The notes: generated by a model from the sequence alone, not told the origin. 64,000 nucleotides of DNA from Alphaproteobacteria bacterium (GCA_965227515.1 CBDDFZ010000001.1:3296001-3360000); one strand, 5' to 3'; numbered from the stretch's first letter, positions 22,187 through 34,772 are shown. Numbers and translations are program-made.

Positions 22187-23059
22187 ATGGCCCTGAAAAG
22201 AGCCATTGCCGGCGTTTTGCTCGTAACGGCACTTTCGGCGTGCACGACCTACAGCGGGATCGAGGAATTCACGACATATCGTGAGGCCTACAGCGTCGCC
22301 GCAGATACGGGCGACCAGATCCTCGACAAGCTGGCCGCGGCTGAGCGCCGTCTATTCGACATCGCCTACCCATTGGACCCTGAGTTCGGCGACTTCGACC
22401 CCGGGGATGCCGCCTACATTTCAGAGGGCGCCGATCCGCCGGCGACGGCCTCCTACCGCAATGCGCTGTTGGCCATCGAGAGTTACAACGAGGCGCTGTT
22501 CCGACTAGCCAATGGCGACGCGGCGTCAGAGATTGTCGCGTCGATCTCGCGGTTGGGTGCGGTCGGCACCAACGCGGCCACCGAGCTGGCGTCATTCGGC
22601 GCCGGGTCGCCAACCACCATCGCGGCGGCCACCTCGGTCAACACCATCCTGGCAGCGTTTGCCCCGCTGGCCACCGAGATGATCGCGTTCGGAACCCGCG
22701 ACGCCTTCCGCGAGCAGTTGCTGGAGAACGCACCGCTGATGACGGACGCGATCGAGGCGGTCAGGGCGAGCACGCCGCAGATCTTCGACAGCTTGCGCGA
22801 TCAGATCATCGCCGCCGCAAACAGCGATCCGACCCGCTTCGGCCTGACCGACGTGGAAGTCGAGCAAATCAAGGATCACAGGCGCACGATTGCCGCCTGG
22901 GTGATTCTGCTGAACGGGACCCAAGAGGCGTTCCAGGTCGCGGTCGATGCCGCCCAGGCCGATGCCGGTGAGGGCAGTTTCGATGGGATGTTGCTGGCCA
23001 GCGAGGGCCTGGTCGAGGCGATCCGGTCGGCGCGCATGACATTGGCCGAAAGTAATTGA
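22187..23059 (+). CDS. Hypothetical lipoprotein
   Basis: MALKRAIAGVLLVTALSAC lipobox; predicted helical body. Confidence 0.75.
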   Translation: MALKRAIAGVLLVTALSACTTYSGIEEFTTYREAYSVAADTGDQILDKLAAAERRLFDIAYPLDPEFGDFDPGDAAYISEGADPPATASYRNALLAIESYNEALFRLANGDAASEIVASISRLGAVGTNAATELASFGAGSPTTIAAATSVNTILAAFAPLATEMIAFGTRDAFREQLLENAPLMTDAIEAVRASTPQIFDSLRDQIIAAANSDPTRFGLTDVEVEQIKDHRRTIAAWVILLNGTQEAFQVAVDAAQADAGEGSFDGMLLASEGLVEAIRSARMTLAESN

Positions 23060-23095
23060 AACAAATGAATTTTCTGGAATTGGAGGAACGTGACC

Positions 23096-24493
23096 ATGTC
23101 GGCAAGAGACGAGGTCCTTAGGACGATCAAGGCGGCACAGGACGACAGGAAGGCGGCCAACGCCGCCGGCGACGGGAACGCCGTCGAACAGATCTTCGTG
23201 CATATCGTCACGCCGCTGAACCAGCAGTTCGCGCGGATGGCACTGGATCCGATGCCCGACAGTGCGGAGATCCGATTGGCGTCGCAGACCGTCGATGCGG
23301 GCATGGCGACCTGCCGCAACAACGGTGTGGCCGACGCGCGGATGGTCAACACGGCCGCCCGCGCCGATGCCTTGAGGGGACAGGCCAACGACACCCCGCC
23401 CCCGCCCAGTGTGAATCCCGACATTCCCGATACGCCGCCGGTGCCGATCCAGGACACACCGGACCCGGTGCCGCCCGGCGATCCGACGACGTTCGTGTCG
23501 GCGCGCAAGAGCGCCAACAAGCAGATCACCTACATCGACGCCGAGGGGCGCGAGGTGTTGCGGATCGGCGGGTCACGCTCCTGGCGCAACTTCAACCCCG
23601 GCAATATCCGCATGGGCAGCTTTGCGGAGATGTCCGGGTCGATCGGCGATGACGGTGCGTTCGCGATCTTCCCGGACGAACCGACCGGCCGGGATGCCAT
23701 CGTCGGCCTGCTGCAATCCAACAGCTATCGGAACCTGTCGCTGAAGGACGCGATCTTCCGCTATGCGCCGCCGGTGGAGAACGATTCGGCGGCCTATGTC
23801 GCGTTCATCGAGTCCGAGACCGGCATCGACCGCGCGAAGATCCTGAAGGACCTGCCGGTTGCCCAGATCCGGACGATTGCGAAGTTCATCAAGCAGGTCG
23901 AGGGCTGGACGCCCGGCGAGGAGCGCCCGAACGCACCATCTTCGTTGGCATCGGCGAATGCCGGCGGCGTTTCCGCGGCTGCCGGCGCGGCGGGCGAATG
24001 GATGGGCATTGCCGAGCGCGAGGCCGCCTTGCCGGAGCACGAGCGCTCGGAGTGGCCTGACCCTGGCGAAAACCCGCGTATCCTGGAGTATTTCAGGATC
24101 GCCGCCTCGTGGTTCGACCCGGGAGACGGAGACGAGACCGATTGGTGCGCCGCCTTCGTGAACTATTGCCTGCTGACCAGCGGGCATATCGGGACCGACC
24201 ACCCGGGCGCCCGCTCGTTCTTCTGGAACAAGAAGAACCAGTTCATTCCATTGTCCGGCCCGACCAAGAACGCGATTGCCGTGCGCCGCTATGCACCGTT
24301 CGGCGATGCAACCTGGGCAAGCGGCCCCGGCCATGTCGGCTTCGTCTCGTCCTTCACATCGACTCACGTGACCCTGCTCGGCGGCAACCAGGGCAATACC
24401 GTCAAACTGAAGCAATTCCCGCTGGAGACCTTCGACGATAACGGTAACCTGGCCTCCAAATTCGTGGCCTTCATGATGCCGGTTATCTCCTAA
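23096..24493 (+). CDS. Multidomain peptidoglycan hydrolase (lysozyme-like domain plus TIGR02594/CHAP-like domain)
   Basis: RNFNPGNIR...RYAPPVEND domain; C-terminal ETDWCAAFV...GHVGF...LGGNQ; Pro-rich linker. Confidence 0.75.
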   Translation: MSARDEVLRTIKAAQDDRKAANAAGDGNAVEQIFVHIVTPLNQQFARMALDPMPDSAEIRLASQTVDAGMATCRNNGVADARMVNTAARADALRGQANDTPPPPSVNPDIPDTPPVPIQDTPDPVPPGDPTTFVSARKSANKQITYIDAEGREVLRIGGSRSWRNFNPGNIRMGSFAEMSGSIGDDGAFAIFPDEPTGRDAIVGLLQSNSYRNLSLKDAIFRYAPPVENDSAAYVAFIESETGIDRAKILKDLPVAQIRTIAKFIKQVEGWTPGEERPNAPSSLASANAGGVSAAAGAAGEWMGIAEREAALPEHERSEWPDPGENPRILEYFRIAASWFDPGDGDETDWCAAFVNYCLLTSGHIGTDHPGARSFFWNKKNQFIPLSGPTKNAIAVRRYAPFGDATWASGPGHVGFVSSFTSTHVTLLGGNQGNTVKLKQFPLETFDDNGNLASKFVAFMMPVIS

Positions 24494-25313
24494 GGCCTGT
24501 TGAGATTCAGGATTCCTCTCCGTGCTTGGTTGTGATTCAAGCTTCGGATGGAACGATTCGTACTGAGTGACGCCCAATGGGCGAAGATGGAACCCCATTG
24601 CTTGGGCAAGCCGAGCGATCCGGGCCGCAGTGGCGCTGACAACCGGCGCTTTGTCGAAGCCGTGCTGTGGGTGGTGCGTACGGGCAGCCCGTGGCGTGAT
24701 CTCCCGACATCTTTTGGCCCTTGGAACACGGTCTTTAAGCGATACCGCGACTGGGTCAAAGCAGACGTCTTCGTGCGGCTGTTCGAGGCCTGCTTGGACG
24801 AGCCGGACATGGAATACGCCATGGTTGATGCCACCATTGTCAAGGTGCACCGCCACGGCCAGGGCGCAAAAGGGGGACTCAAAGCCAGGCCATCGGCCGC
24901 TCCAAGGGCGGGATGACGACGAAGATCCTCGCGCTGTGTGATGCGCTTGGCAATCTGGTGCGTTTCGTGCTCCTGCCCGGCCATCGCTACGATACGGTTG
25001 GCGTGCCGCCGCTCATCGACGGACTCTCCTTCAAGGCGATGATCGCGGACAAAGCGTTCGACACCAGCGCCATCGTTGCTGACCTCAACGAGCGCGGTGC
25101 CAAGATCGTCATATCCCAGCATCCGCGCCGCGCCAGCCCGCTGCAAATCGACGCCGAGATGTACAAATGGCGTCATCTGATCGAAAACTTCTTCTGCAAA
25201 CTCAAAGAGTTCAAGCGAATCGCCATGCGTGCAGACAAAACCGACACAAGCTTCAACGCCATCATCCATCTCGCAGCAGCTGTCATAAACTCGCGATGAA
25301 TCTCAACAGGCCC
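24493..25313 (+). mobile_element. IS5-family (IS427-like) insertion sequence
   Basis: 16-bp inverted repeats GGCCTGTTGAGATTCA (24494-24509 and 25297-25312); TA (or CTA) duplication. Confidence 0.92.
24548..25299 (+). CDS. IS5 transposase in two ORFs (24548-24916, 24913-25299), probably joined by -1 frameshift
   Basis: RTGSPWRDLP, VDATIVKVH, slippery AAAAGGGGG at 24868-24876, AIGRSKGGMTTK, ADKAFD, YKWRHLIENFF. Confidence 0.88.
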
Positions 25314-25418
25314 TAGAGCATGATCATTTAAGTCGGCACCAGCCCTCTCCCCCACCCGGCCGCCCAACGAAATTATGCTGCTGGGTGGCCGGGTGGGGGA
25401 GAGCGACTGTCTTTTGTG

Positions 25419-26540
<1,122 letters not shown>

Positions 26541-26680
26541 TCAGCGTAAGCTGATCCCGATCTAGCCGGATCGAGGCCGGGGCGGCTTGTGCCCCGGCCT
26601 CGCCCACACGTTTGGCGCTTGCTCCCGGATGACGGCCACTTTACCAATCAGTGACCACCCCAACGCACGGGAGGCCCCCC

Positions 26681-27163
26681 ATGAAGGGCAATGCCAAGAT
26701 CATCGCGCACCTGAACGCGGTGCTGAAGAACGAGCTGACCGCCATCAACCAGTACTTCCTGCATTCGCGGATGCTGAAGAACTGGGGCCTCTACCGCATG
26801 GCCGAGCACGAGTACGAAGAGTCGGTCGACGAAATGAAGCACGCCGACCAGCTGATCGAGCGCATCCTGTTCCTGGAGGGGCTGCCCAACCTGCAGGATC
26901 TGGGCAAGCTGTTGATCGGCGAGAGTGTGCCCGAGGTTCTGGAATGCGACCTGAAGCTGGAATTGCAGGCCATGCCGGCGCTGCGCCAGGCGATCGCCGA
27001 CTGCGAGGAAGCGTCGGACTACGTCAGCCGCGAATTGTTCGTGGATATCCTGGAATCAGAGGAAGAGCACGTCGACTGGCTTGAGACGAATATCGAGCTG
27101 ATCGAGAAGGTCGGCCTGCAGAACTTCATCCAGAGCCAGATCGGCGACTCTGACGACGACTAG
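26681..27163 (+). CDS. bfr: Bacterioferritin
   Basis: [38 protein letters not shown]. Confidence 0.97.
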   Translation: MKGNAKIIAHLNAVLKNELTAINQYFLHSRMLKNWGLYRMAEHEYEESVDEMKHADQLIERILFLEGLPNLQDLGKLLIGESVPEVLECDLKLELQAMPALRQAIADCEEASDYVSRELFVDILESEEEHVDWLETNIELIEKVGLQNFIQSQIGDSDDD

Positions 27164-27289
27164 ATCGGGATCAGCTTACGCTGAATCTGCGCCAGCCCTC
27201 TCCCCCACCCGGCCGCCCAACTCCAGTATGATGTCTGGGCGGCCGGGTGGGGGAGAGGGCCGGTGCCGACTTAAATGATCATGCTCTAG
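27160..27289 (-). repeat. Intact 130-bp CTAG-ended miniature element with internal GC-rich hairpin
   Basis: Imperfect terminal IRs CTAGATCGGGATCA / TGATCATGCTCTAG; starts on the bfr TAG stop. Confidence 0.9.
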
Positions 27290-27310
27290 GCGCACGCGGC
27301 ACCTGCCTGA

Positions 27311-28264
27311 TCAGGGCAATGCCAGCGTGCACGCCCAGGGGCATTGCTCGGCGGAGAGCCGGATCGGAACCGGATTGCGCGCGTACAGTTCCATGTCCAG
27401 AGACTCGTATAAGGTCGAGGCGTAAGCTTCAGATTCAGCAACATATTCCGGCGAGGTCAGGAGGGTGCACACTTGGTCCGCCACGCCCTCTCGCACTTGA
27501 AGGGCCGCCATCAATACCGGTTCAACCAGGGCAACGCGGGCGTCGTCACCGGAGATGTCAATCGCCCCGCGATCCACATGGGCATCCGCGCACCAGCCGG
27601 ACTCTAATTCGGTCAGCGTCTCGACGATCGTGACGGTGCTCACCTCGCCCTCGACCGGGATGAGGAACGAGGTTGTCGCTTCGATCCGCTGGTCGTCATC
27701 CAACTGAAAAACCGTCGTCATCTGGCAGCTGTCCGGCCCTTTAGGGTTCACGCACATATACGGGTGGCTCTGGACCAGCGAGAGGAATTCGGCGGGCGCG
27801 ATGGCGTCCGGCGGCGGATCGTCCTGGAAGTCGGCCAGAAGCCGCCTCTGCGCATCGTTCAATTCAGCGTCGTCGCGACCGGCGTCCGATGCGGTGCTGG
27901 GGCCCGACACACTGTCGGGGTCAATCTCGGCTGTGCCAAACAACGCGCGGGCAAGCGCCAGCGCAGACAAAGCGCAAAGCACGGCAAAGATCGCCGCATT
28001 GCGCCATCTGTTTCGGCGCGTGCCGGGTAGTGTCAGGAAATCATTCGTCGCGAAAAACGGCCGACGATCAGTCGCTGCCTTGGCGAAGCCGTTGATCCAA
28101 ATCCTGTATGCAAGCACGGCCAACGCCAGCACGATGCCAACGGCCAGCACCATCTGCGTTACAGAGGGCGGGCCAGTCGCAGTGGTCAGCGAACCGCTTG
28201 CAAACAGCATGGCCACCATGACCAGCGGCACAGCGCCGAACCTGGGAACGCCGCCGCCCTTCAT
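27311..28264 (-). CDS. Hypothetical membrane protein
   Basis: Three N-terminal hydrophobic segments and a Cys-containing C-terminal domain; start uncertain. Confidence 0.6.
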   Translation of the reverse strand: MKGGGVPRFGAVPLVMVAMLFASGSLTTATGPPSVTQMVLAVGIVLALAVLAYRIWINGFAKAATDRRPFFATNDFLTLPGTRRNRWRNAAIFAVLCALSALALARALFGTAEIDPDSVSGPSTASDAGRDDAELNDAQRRLLADFQDDPPPDAIAPAEFLSLVQSHPYMCVNPKGPDSCQMTTVFQLDDDQRIEATTSFLIPVEGEVSTVTIVETLTELESGWCADAHVDRGAIDISGDDARVALVEPVLMAALQVREGVADQVCTLLTSPEYVAESEAYASTLYESLDMELYARNPVPIRLSAEQCPWACTLALP

Positions 28265-28497
28265 CGGACCGCGCCGCGCCGGCATAACGTGTGCAGCCGC
28301 CTGAATATAGGCGGTCGGAGGCGTTTGCGCTCTATGGTGAGTGTCCCGTTTGAGCTCAGGCGATGTGGACCGAGCTTACACCACGGGCGCTGCAGTTCGC
28401 CAAACGACGTAAGGCGCTGACAGGAAAACTTGAAGATTAAGGGAGAAACGATGCGACGCGTTCGGACGAGGACGCGCTACGGCGCGTTGCGCCTACG

Positions 28498-28692
28498 TCA
28501 GGCGACTGCGCCGGCCGAGATCGGGTGCGACAGGTACGCTTCGTCGATGATGTCCTGTGCGCAATCCAGGCACCGGCCGCAACACGGGCCGTTCCCGAGC
28601 GTGAGATACGCCTCCGAGGCATCGGTCACGCCTTGGCGTGCGACTTCCCGCAACTCCGCGTCCCGATAGCCATTGCACAGACATACGAACAT
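28498..28692 (-). CDS. bfd: Bacterioferritin-associated ferredoxin
   Basis: MFVCLCNG...CCGRC. Confidence 0.9.
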   Translation of the reverse strand: MFVCLCNGYRDAELREVARQGVTDASEAYLTLGNGPCCGRCLDCAQDIIDEAYLSHPISAGAVA

Positions 28693-28726
28693 GCTTGCAC
28701 CCTTTCGAAACGAAAGATGGTGGCTC

Positions 28727-28747
28727 TGCGAATGAATGTCAATTGCA
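28727..28747. promoter_or_regulatory. Possible Fur-type iron box upstream of bfd
   Basis: Imperfect palindrome TGCGAATGAATGTCAATTGCA; bfd genes are normally iron-repressed. Confidence 0.5.
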
Positions 28748-28851
28748 TAGTGCGGCGAGATCGTCGTGCGATCACACCTTTCGGCCCCGGCGCGAATTGA
28801 ACTACAACCCTCGCAGAATCATCGGGGCCAGACTCATCGGGGAGGATTCAC

Positions 28852-29373
28852 ATGGCGGGCAGCGTCAACAAGGTCATTCTGATCGGAAATCTGGGTCGCG
28901 ACCCTGAAATCCGCACCATGCAGAACGGCGGCAAGGTGGCCAACCTCAGCGTGGCGACTTCCGAGCGCTGGCGCGACCGCAACACCGGTGACATGCAGGA
29001 GCGCACCGAGTGGCACCGCGTCGTGCTGTTCAACGAGCGCCTGATCGAGGTGGCCGAGAAATACCTGCGCAAGGGCTCGAAAATCTATGTCGAAGGCCAG
29101 TTGCAGACCCGTAAGTGGCAGGACCAGCAGGGCCAGGATCGGTACAGCACCGAGGTCGTCCTGCAGCGCTTCCGCGGCGAGCTGACCATGCTGGACGGGC
29201 GTGGCGACGGCGATGGCGGCGGTGGCGGCGGTTATGGAGGCGGCGACGGCGGCGGTTATGGCGGCGGCCAGGGTGGCGGCAGCCAAGGCGGCGGCTCGTC
29301 CTCCGGCGGCGGTGGCTACGGTGGCGGCGGCGGCCAAGGTGGCGGCGACCTGGACGACGACATTCCGTTCTAG
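28852..29373 (+). CDS. ssb: Single-stranded DNA-binding protein
   Basis: [23 protein letters not shown], Gly-rich tail, DDDIPF. Confidence 0.99.
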   Translation: MAGSVNKVILIGNLGRDPEIRTMQNGGKVANLSVATSERWRDRNTGDMQERTEWHRVVLFNERLIEVAEKYLRKGSKIYVEGQLQTRKWQDQQGQDRYSTEVVLQRFRGELTMLDGRGDGDGGGGGGYGGGDGGGYGGGQGGGSQGGGSSSGGGGYGGGGGQGGGDLDDDIPF

Positions 29374-29650
29374 GCGGCGCACCGCCTCCCCTCGCGTCAG
29401 CCACAGTGCCGACATAACTTTCAATAACGCCTGCAACCGACTGGTTGGTATGAATTAATCGGGTTGGCGGCAGTGCCCTGCTCGACGGCCGCTCCTTCAC
29501 GGGGCGGTCGTTGTTCGCACCTGCAATACGTGCTAGAAAATGCGCTCTCGGACTCGGCCCTGAGCCGACGTCCTTCCATCCGGCGCCCAGCCGGGTGCCG
29601 GTGCCGGCCATTGAACTGCTGGCGGCGATGTAGCAAGGAAAGGTGTTGAG

Positions 29651-32428
29651 TTGAGCGAACCGGGCCCACCGCGCAGGGATTCCGAGACCGTCTCCATCGT
29701 CCAGGAGATGGAGCAGTCCTACCTCGATTACGCGATGAGCGTGATCGTCAGCCGCGCGCTGCCCGACGTGCGCGACGGCCTGAAGCCGGTGCATCGGCGC
29801 ATCCTCTACACGATGAAAATCAATGGGCGGGACTACAACCGCCCCTACCGCAAGTCGGCCACCACGGTCGGCGACGTGATGGGCCGCCTGCACCCGCATG
29901 GCGACCAGGCGATCTATGACGCGCTGGTGCGCATGGCGCAGCCGTTCTCGATGCGGCTGATGCTGATCGACGGCCAGGGCAATTTCGGCTCCATGGACGG
30001 TGATCCGCCGGCGGCGATGCGCTACACCGAGTCCCGCCTAGCCCGCGCGTCGCACGAATTGCTGGCGGATATCGATGAGGACACGGTCGAGTTCCGGCCG
30101 AACTACGACGAATCCGCCGAGGAGCCGACGGTCCTGCCGGCCCGCCTGCCCAACATGCTGGTCAACGGCGCCAATGGCATCGCGGTCGGCATGGCCACCA
30201 ACATCCCGCCGCACAATCTGCGCGAAGTGGTGGCCGCCTGCCTGGCCTATCTGGACAACCCGGCGATCGGCATCGACGAGCTGATCGACATCGTGCCGGG
30301 ACCGGACTTCCCGACCGGCGGACTGATCCTGGGCCGGTCCGGCATCCGCTCCGCCTATCACACCGGGCGTGGCAGCGTGGTGATGCGCGGTAAGACCTCG
30401 TTCGAGGAACGGCCCAACGACCGCTGGGCGATCATCGTCGAAGAGGTGCCGTTCCAGTGCAACAAGGCGCGCATGGTGGAGCGTATCGCCGAGGTGGTGA
30501 ACGACAAGGTCGTCGAGGGCATCTCCGAGCTGCGCGACGAATCCGACCGCCACGGCGTGCGGGTGGTGATCGAACTGAAGCGCGATGCCGAGCGCGAGGT
30601 GGTGCTGAACCAGCTCTACCGCCACACCCCGCTGCAAAGCACGTTCGGCGTCAACATGCTGGCGCTGGACCAGGGCCGGCCGGAAACGCTTGATCTGAAG
30701 CGCGCGATTTCCGCCTTCGTCGATTTCCGCGAGGAAGTGGTCACCCGGCGCACACGCTATCGCCTGGGCCGTGCTCGCGAACGCGCGCATATCCTGATCG
30801 GGCTGGCGGTTGCGGTCGCCAATATCGACCCGATCATCGAGGCCATCCGCAGCGCCGCCGACCCCGAGGAGGCACGCCAAGCCCTGGTGGGCCGTCCCTG
30901 GCCGGCCGCCGACGTGGCGCCGCTGATCCGGCTGGTAGACGAGCCCGGCCGCACGGTGGCCGAGGACGGCACCTACCGGCTGTCCGAGGACCAGGCCAAG
31001 GCGATCCTGGAACTGCGCCTGCAGCGGTTGACCGGCCTGGAGCGCGAGAAGATCGCCAACGACCTGCAGGAGATCGTCGACGCCATCGCCGAGTTGCTGG
31101 CGATCCTGGGCGACCGCGAGCGGCTGCTCAACGTGATCCGCGACGAGCTGAACCAGATGGTGGAGCTGTTCGGCGACGACCGGCGCACCGAGATTGTCGA
31201 CGCCGAGTTCGACCAGGACGACGAGGACCTGATCCAGCGTGAGGACATGGTGGTCACCATCACCCACGCCGGTTACGTCAAGCGCGTGCCGCTGGCGACC
31301 TATCGCCCGCAGCGGCGCGGCGGCAAGGGCCGGTCCGGCATGTCGACCCGCGAGGAGGACTTCGTCACCCAGGTCATCGTCGCCAACACCCACACCCCGC
31401 TGCTGGTCTTCACGACCCGCGGCATGGTCTACCTGACCAAGGTCTACCGCCTGCCGGTCGCGGCGCCGAACGCGCGCGGCCGTCCGCTGGTGAACCTGTT
31501 GTCGGTGGAACAGGGCGAGACCCCGTCGACCATCCTGCAATTGCCGGACGACGAGAGCCTGGCCGACGACATGACGGTGGTGTTCGCCACCGCCAGCGGC
31601 AACGTGCGGCGCAACAAGCTCTCCGACTTCACCAACGTGATGTCGAACGGCAAGATCGCGATGAAGCTGGACGAGGGCGACCGGCTGATCGGCGTGCGCA
31701 TCTGCACCGGCGACGACGACGTCATGCTGTCCACCCGCTCCGGCCGCTGCATCCGCTTTGCCGCCGACGACGTGCGCATCTTCGCCGGCCGGACCTCAAC
31801 CGGCGTGCGCGGTATCCGTCTGCAGGATGGCGACGAGGTGATGTCGCTGTCGATCCTGCGCCATGTCGACGCCAGCCCGGCCGAGCGCGAGGCCTATATC
31901 CGCATGGCCGCGCTGATGCGGCGCAGCGGCGAGGACGAGGCCCCGGAAGAGGCCGAGACCGATCAGCAGGACACCATTTCGCCGGAGCGCTATGCCGAAA
32001 TGGGCGCCGGCGAGGAGTTCATCCTCTCGGTCACCGAGAACGGCTATGGCAAGCGCTCGTCGGCCTACCAGTACCGGGTCACCGGCCGCGGCGGCCAGGG
32101 CATCGGCAGCATCGAGACGTCGGCGCGCAACGGCTCGGTGGTGGCCGAGTTTCCGGTGGCCGACGGCGACCAGATCATGCTGGTGACCAATGGCGGCCAG
32201 TTGATCCGCACCTCCGTCGACGAGATCGGCATCATGCGGCGCAACACCCAGGGCGTGCGCCTGTTTAAGGTGGACGATGACGAGCGCGTCGTCTCCGTCA
32301 CCCACATCGCCGAGGACGATATCGCCGACGACGAGGATGCCGACGACGAGGATCAAGGCCCCGATGATGCCGGTGATGCCGGCGACGCGGCCCCAGACGG
32401 CGCCCCCGATGACGCTGGGGAAGACTGA
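29651..32428 (+). CDS. gyrA: DNA gyrase subunit A
   Basis: [29 protein letters not shown], GyrA-box QRRGGKG. Confidence 0.98.
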   Translation: MSEPGPPRRDSETVSIVQEMEQSYLDYAMSVIVSRALPDVRDGLKPVHRRILYTMKINGRDYNRPYRKSATTVGDVMGRLHPHGDQAIYDALVRMAQPFSMRLMLIDGQGNFGSMDGDPPAAMRYTESRLARASHELLADIDEDTVEFRPNYDESAEEPTVLPARLPNMLVNGANGIAVGMATNIPPHNLREVVAACLAYLDNPAIGIDELIDIVPGPDFPTGGLILGRSGIRSAYHTGRGSVVMRGKTSFEERPNDRWAIIVEEVPFQCNKARMVERIAEVVNDKVVEGISELRDESDRHGVRVVIELKRDAEREVVLNQLYRHTPLQSTFGVNMLALDQGRPETLDLKRAISAFVDFREEVVTRRTRYRLGRARERAHILIGLAVAVANIDPIIEAIRSAADPEEARQALVGRPWPAADVAPLIRLVDEPGRTVAEDGTYRLSEDQAKAILELRLQRLTGLEREKIANDLQEIVDAIAELLAILGDRERLLNVIRDELNQMVELFGDDRRTEIVDAEFDQDDEDLIQREDMVVTITHAGYVKRVPLATYRPQRRGGKGRSGMSTREEDFVTQVIVANTHTPLLVFTTRGMVYLTKVYRLPVAAPNARGRPLVNLLSVEQGETPSTILQLPDDESLADDMTVVFATASGNVRRNKLSDFTNVMSNGKIAMKLDEGDRLIGVRICTGDDDVMLSTRSGRCIRFAADDVRIFAGRTSTGVRGIRLQDGDEVMSLSILRHVDASPAEREAYIRMAALMRRSGEDEAPEEAETDQQDTISPERYAEMGAGEEFILSVTENGYGKRSSAYQYRVTGRGGQGIGSIETSARNGSVVAEFPVADGDQIMLVTNGGQLIRTSVDEIGIMRRNTQGVRLFKVDDDERVVSVTHIAEDDIADDEDADDEDQGPDDAGDAGDAAPDGAPDDAGED

Positions 32429-32429
32429 G

Positions 32430-32927
32430 ATGCGGGTTGCCGTCTACCCGGGCACCTTCGATCCGGTTACCAACGGGCACATGGACGTCATCTCCCGCGC
32501 CGTGCGGGTGGTGGACAAGCTGGTCATTGCCGTTGCGTCCAACCTGGACAAGCAGCCGCTGTTCTCGCTGGAGGAGCGCACCGATATGGTGCGCGCCGAG
32601 ATCCACGCCCTGAACGGCGGCTCCGCCGAGACCGAGGTGCGGCCCTTCGATTGCCTGCTGATGGACTTCGTGGCCGAGGCCGGGGCCAGCATCATCGTGC
32701 GCGGGCTGCGCGCGGTCAGCGACTTCGAGTACGAGTTCCAGATGGCCTCCATGAACCGGCGCCTGAACCCGAAGGTGGAGACGGTGTTCCTGACCGCGTC
32801 GGAGACCAACCAGTTCATCGCGTCGCGGTTCGTGAAGGACATCGGCCGGCTGGGCGGCGACATATCCCACTTCGTCTCGCCCCGGGTGGCCGCACGCCTG
32901 ACCGAGAAATTCGCTGGCCAAGGGTGA
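32430..32927 (+). CDS. coaD: Phosphopantetheine adenylyltransferase
   Basis: YPGTFDPVTNGH, RGLRAVSDFEYE. Confidence 0.97.
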   Translation: MRVAVYPGTFDPVTNGHMDVISRAVRVVDKLVIAVASNLDKQPLFSLEERTDMVRAEIHALNGGSAETEVRPFDCLLMDFVAEAGASIIVRGLRAVSDFEYEFQMASMNRRLNPKVETVFLTASETNQFIASRFVKDIGRLGGDISHFVSPRVAARLTEKFAGQG

Positions 32928-32957
32928 TTTGCGCTGGGTAGTTGCCTTTCTTCCTAA

Positions 32958-33082
32958 CCGTCATTGCGAGGAGCGCCGATCAGGCGCGACGCGGCAATCC
33001 AGAGAACTGTTGGCGCAGCACCGCAATCGCCTGGATTGCCACGCCGCCCCCATAAGGAATGGGACGCGGCTCGCAATGACGG
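32958..33082. repeat. REP-like palindrome (GTCATTGCGAG...CTCGCAATGAC)
   Basis: Outer IR CCGTCATTGCGAG/CTCGCAATGACGG; inner IR GGCAATCCAG/CTGGATTGCC. Confidence 0.8.
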
Positions 33083-33197
33083 ATCAAGGGTTGGTTGGTT
33101 CGGTCAAGACCGCTTTGCGGTTGACGGCGCGCCGGGCCTTACCTACCGTCCGCCCGGCCTTGGCTGGCGCGCAATGCGCCACCACATGGTGTGTTAC

Positions 33198-33273
33198 GGG
33201 CCCGTAGCTCAGCTGGCAGAGCACCTGACTTTTAATCAGGTTGTCGCAGGTTCGAACCCTGCCGGGCTCACCA
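33198..33273 (+). tRNA. tRNA-Lys (anticodon TTT)
   Basis: 76 nt cloverleaf, anticodon loop CTTTTAA, GTTCGAA T-loop, CCA end. Confidence 0.97.
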
Positions 33274-33274
33274 A
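33226..33274 (+). repeat. att core (left), 49 bp, tRNA 3' part
   Basis: Identical to 45900-45948. Confidence 0.96.
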
Positions 33275-33359
33275 CAAAATCAATTACTTAGACCGAGAAG
33301 CATTTGCCAGCGCGACACGCTTCCTCCAAATAGGTACGACATAGGTCCAGGAGTGCATA

Positions 33360-33635
33360 ATGGCTTTGCAGATGTTTCACATTGGCCCCGACCCTGCAGC
33401 TTTCGGGAACTCTCTCTGGCAGGGTCGGCCCACCAAGGAAGGTGCGCTCATCGCCGCGTCGTCTGCGCAACAGGCCAGAGAGATTGCAGCGGATGCCTAT
33501 GCCGATCCGACGGCAGGCGGCAGGTCACCATGGCTGCAGCCCATCACGACCTTCTGCTATGCGGTGCCATGTGTCGGCCCGATACCCAGCGATCCCGGCA
33601 TCATGGTTGAAGGCTTGAAAAGTCCCGGCCAATAA
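33360..33635 (+). CDS. Hypothetical protein
   Basis: AGGAG RBS, 91 aa, followed by a terminator hairpin. Confidence 0.55.
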   Translation: MALQMFHIGPDPAAFGNSLWQGRPTKEGALIAASSAQQAREIAADAYADPTAGGRSPWLQPITTFCYAVPCVGPIPSDPGIMVEGLKSPGQ

Positions 33636-33638
33636 AGA

Positions 33639-33658
33639 GGCCCCGCCGAAGCGGGGCC
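33639..33658. terminator. Probable bidirectional terminator
   Basis: GGCCCCGC-CGAA-GCGGGGCC between convergent genes. Confidence 0.7.
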
Positions 33659-33687
33659 AGTTTCAAGATGCAAATTTGCGGCTTGAT

Positions 33688-34200
33688 TTACGCGGCGCGA
33701 CGCTTCCGCCCGGCCTCGATGACCTCGTTATCGACCAGCTCGGTATTGTCACCCGGCCCGCGAATGACCAGCGTCTTGCCCTCCGGGATGACCTTGGGAA
33801 TGTAGGTCAGCGGCGGGTCGCGATGCCGGCCCGCATCCATTCGGTAGTGATCGTTGCCGTAACAGTCCTGGTCATAGTCGGGATCGTCCGCTGCCACCGG
33901 GCTCGCTTCACCGCCTTCCTCCTGCCAGCCGCAGTCATCGCACGTCTCGCCCTCCCCTTCGCATTGGGCGCCCTCGTCCTCGCAGTCCTCCTCCACGTCT
34001 TCCAAGTCAGCGTCGAAACCGAACAGGCGTTCCGCGACGCTCCACGGCACGACGATCTCCAGAGTCACGCCATCGTCCGACTGGTCGATGACGTGCCCGG
34101 CGTTGAACATGACGCTTGCCAGGGCCAAGGCATTCTCGATGCCCAGGGACTCTGGAATCGCTGGCGATGTAAGGGATGTGATATGCGTGCCATCAGGCAT
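33688..34200 (-). CDS. Acidic hypothetical protein
   Basis: AAGGAGG RBS; Asp/Glu/Cys-rich middle region. Confidence 0.65.
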   Translation of the reverse strand: MPDGTHITSLTSPAIPESLGIENALALASVMFNAGHVIDQSDDGVTLEIVVPWSVAERLFGFDADLEDVEEDCEDEGAQCEGEGETCDDCGWQEEGGEASPVAADDPDYDQDCYGNDHYRMDAGRHRDPPLTYIPKVIPEGKTLVIRGPGDNTELVDNEVIEAGRKRRAA

Positions 34201-34277
34201 TGCCGTACCTCCTTCATAGGTCGGTTGTGCTTAGGCCGGGTGGGGTGCTCCAACACCTCGCCCGGCCGGTGGGGAAT

Positions 34278-34772
34278 TCAGATCTTGTCCGCGACCTCGT
34301 TCCACACGTCGCTGGCACCCTCGATGAAGGCGTCAACAAACTCGACGGACACGCCGCTCAAGTGTTCCGGCTCAATGCCGAGAAAGATCGCGACATTCTC
34401 GAAGCTCGCTTCGTCGTCGCTAAACACCTGGCCATACAGCCAAGTTGCAGCGTCATCGCCCTGTCCCATGTCCCAAATGACAGCGCTATCTACCTTGGAC
34501 ATAGCCAGAAGCTCGCGGTAACCGGCGCGCTGGCGAGCCCAATGCATACCATTGGCCTTCCCGCCTTGCCCCTCTTCGGCCTGGTAGTTCTCTTTGCTCG
34601 CACGGAGCCTTGCGATAACATCGTCCATTGATGCGATCTCCTTCACGGTTTCGATGTGTCTGAGCTCGCTCTCGAAGGCCCGCTGGGCTGCGGCTGACCA
34701 GTTTGCAGCTTCGCCGGCCGCGTCCATGCGGGCCTTCATTTCATCGGGAACATACACATTCACTCGTGGCAT
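34278..34772 (-). CDS. Hypothetical regulator with ribbon-helix-helix-like N-terminus
   Basis: MPRVNVYVPDEMKARM...NWSAAAQRAF; GGAGG RBS. Confidence 0.65.
   Translation of the reverse strand: MPRVNVYVPDEMKARMDAAGEAANWSAAAQRAFESELRHIETVKEIASMDDVIARLRASKENYQAEEGQGGKANGMHWARQRAGYRELLAMSKVDSAVIWDMGQGDDAATWLYGQVFSDDEASFENVAIFLGIEPEHLSGVSVEFVDAFIEGASDVWNEVADKI

Noticed and set aside
24548-25299. IS5 transposase as a frameshifted pseudogene
   Set aside because: A two-ORF layout with an AAAAGGGGG slippery site is normal for this subgroup, and the IRs are intact
29200-29350. GGCGGC tandem repeats
   Set aside because: Encode the normal Gly-rich linker of SSB
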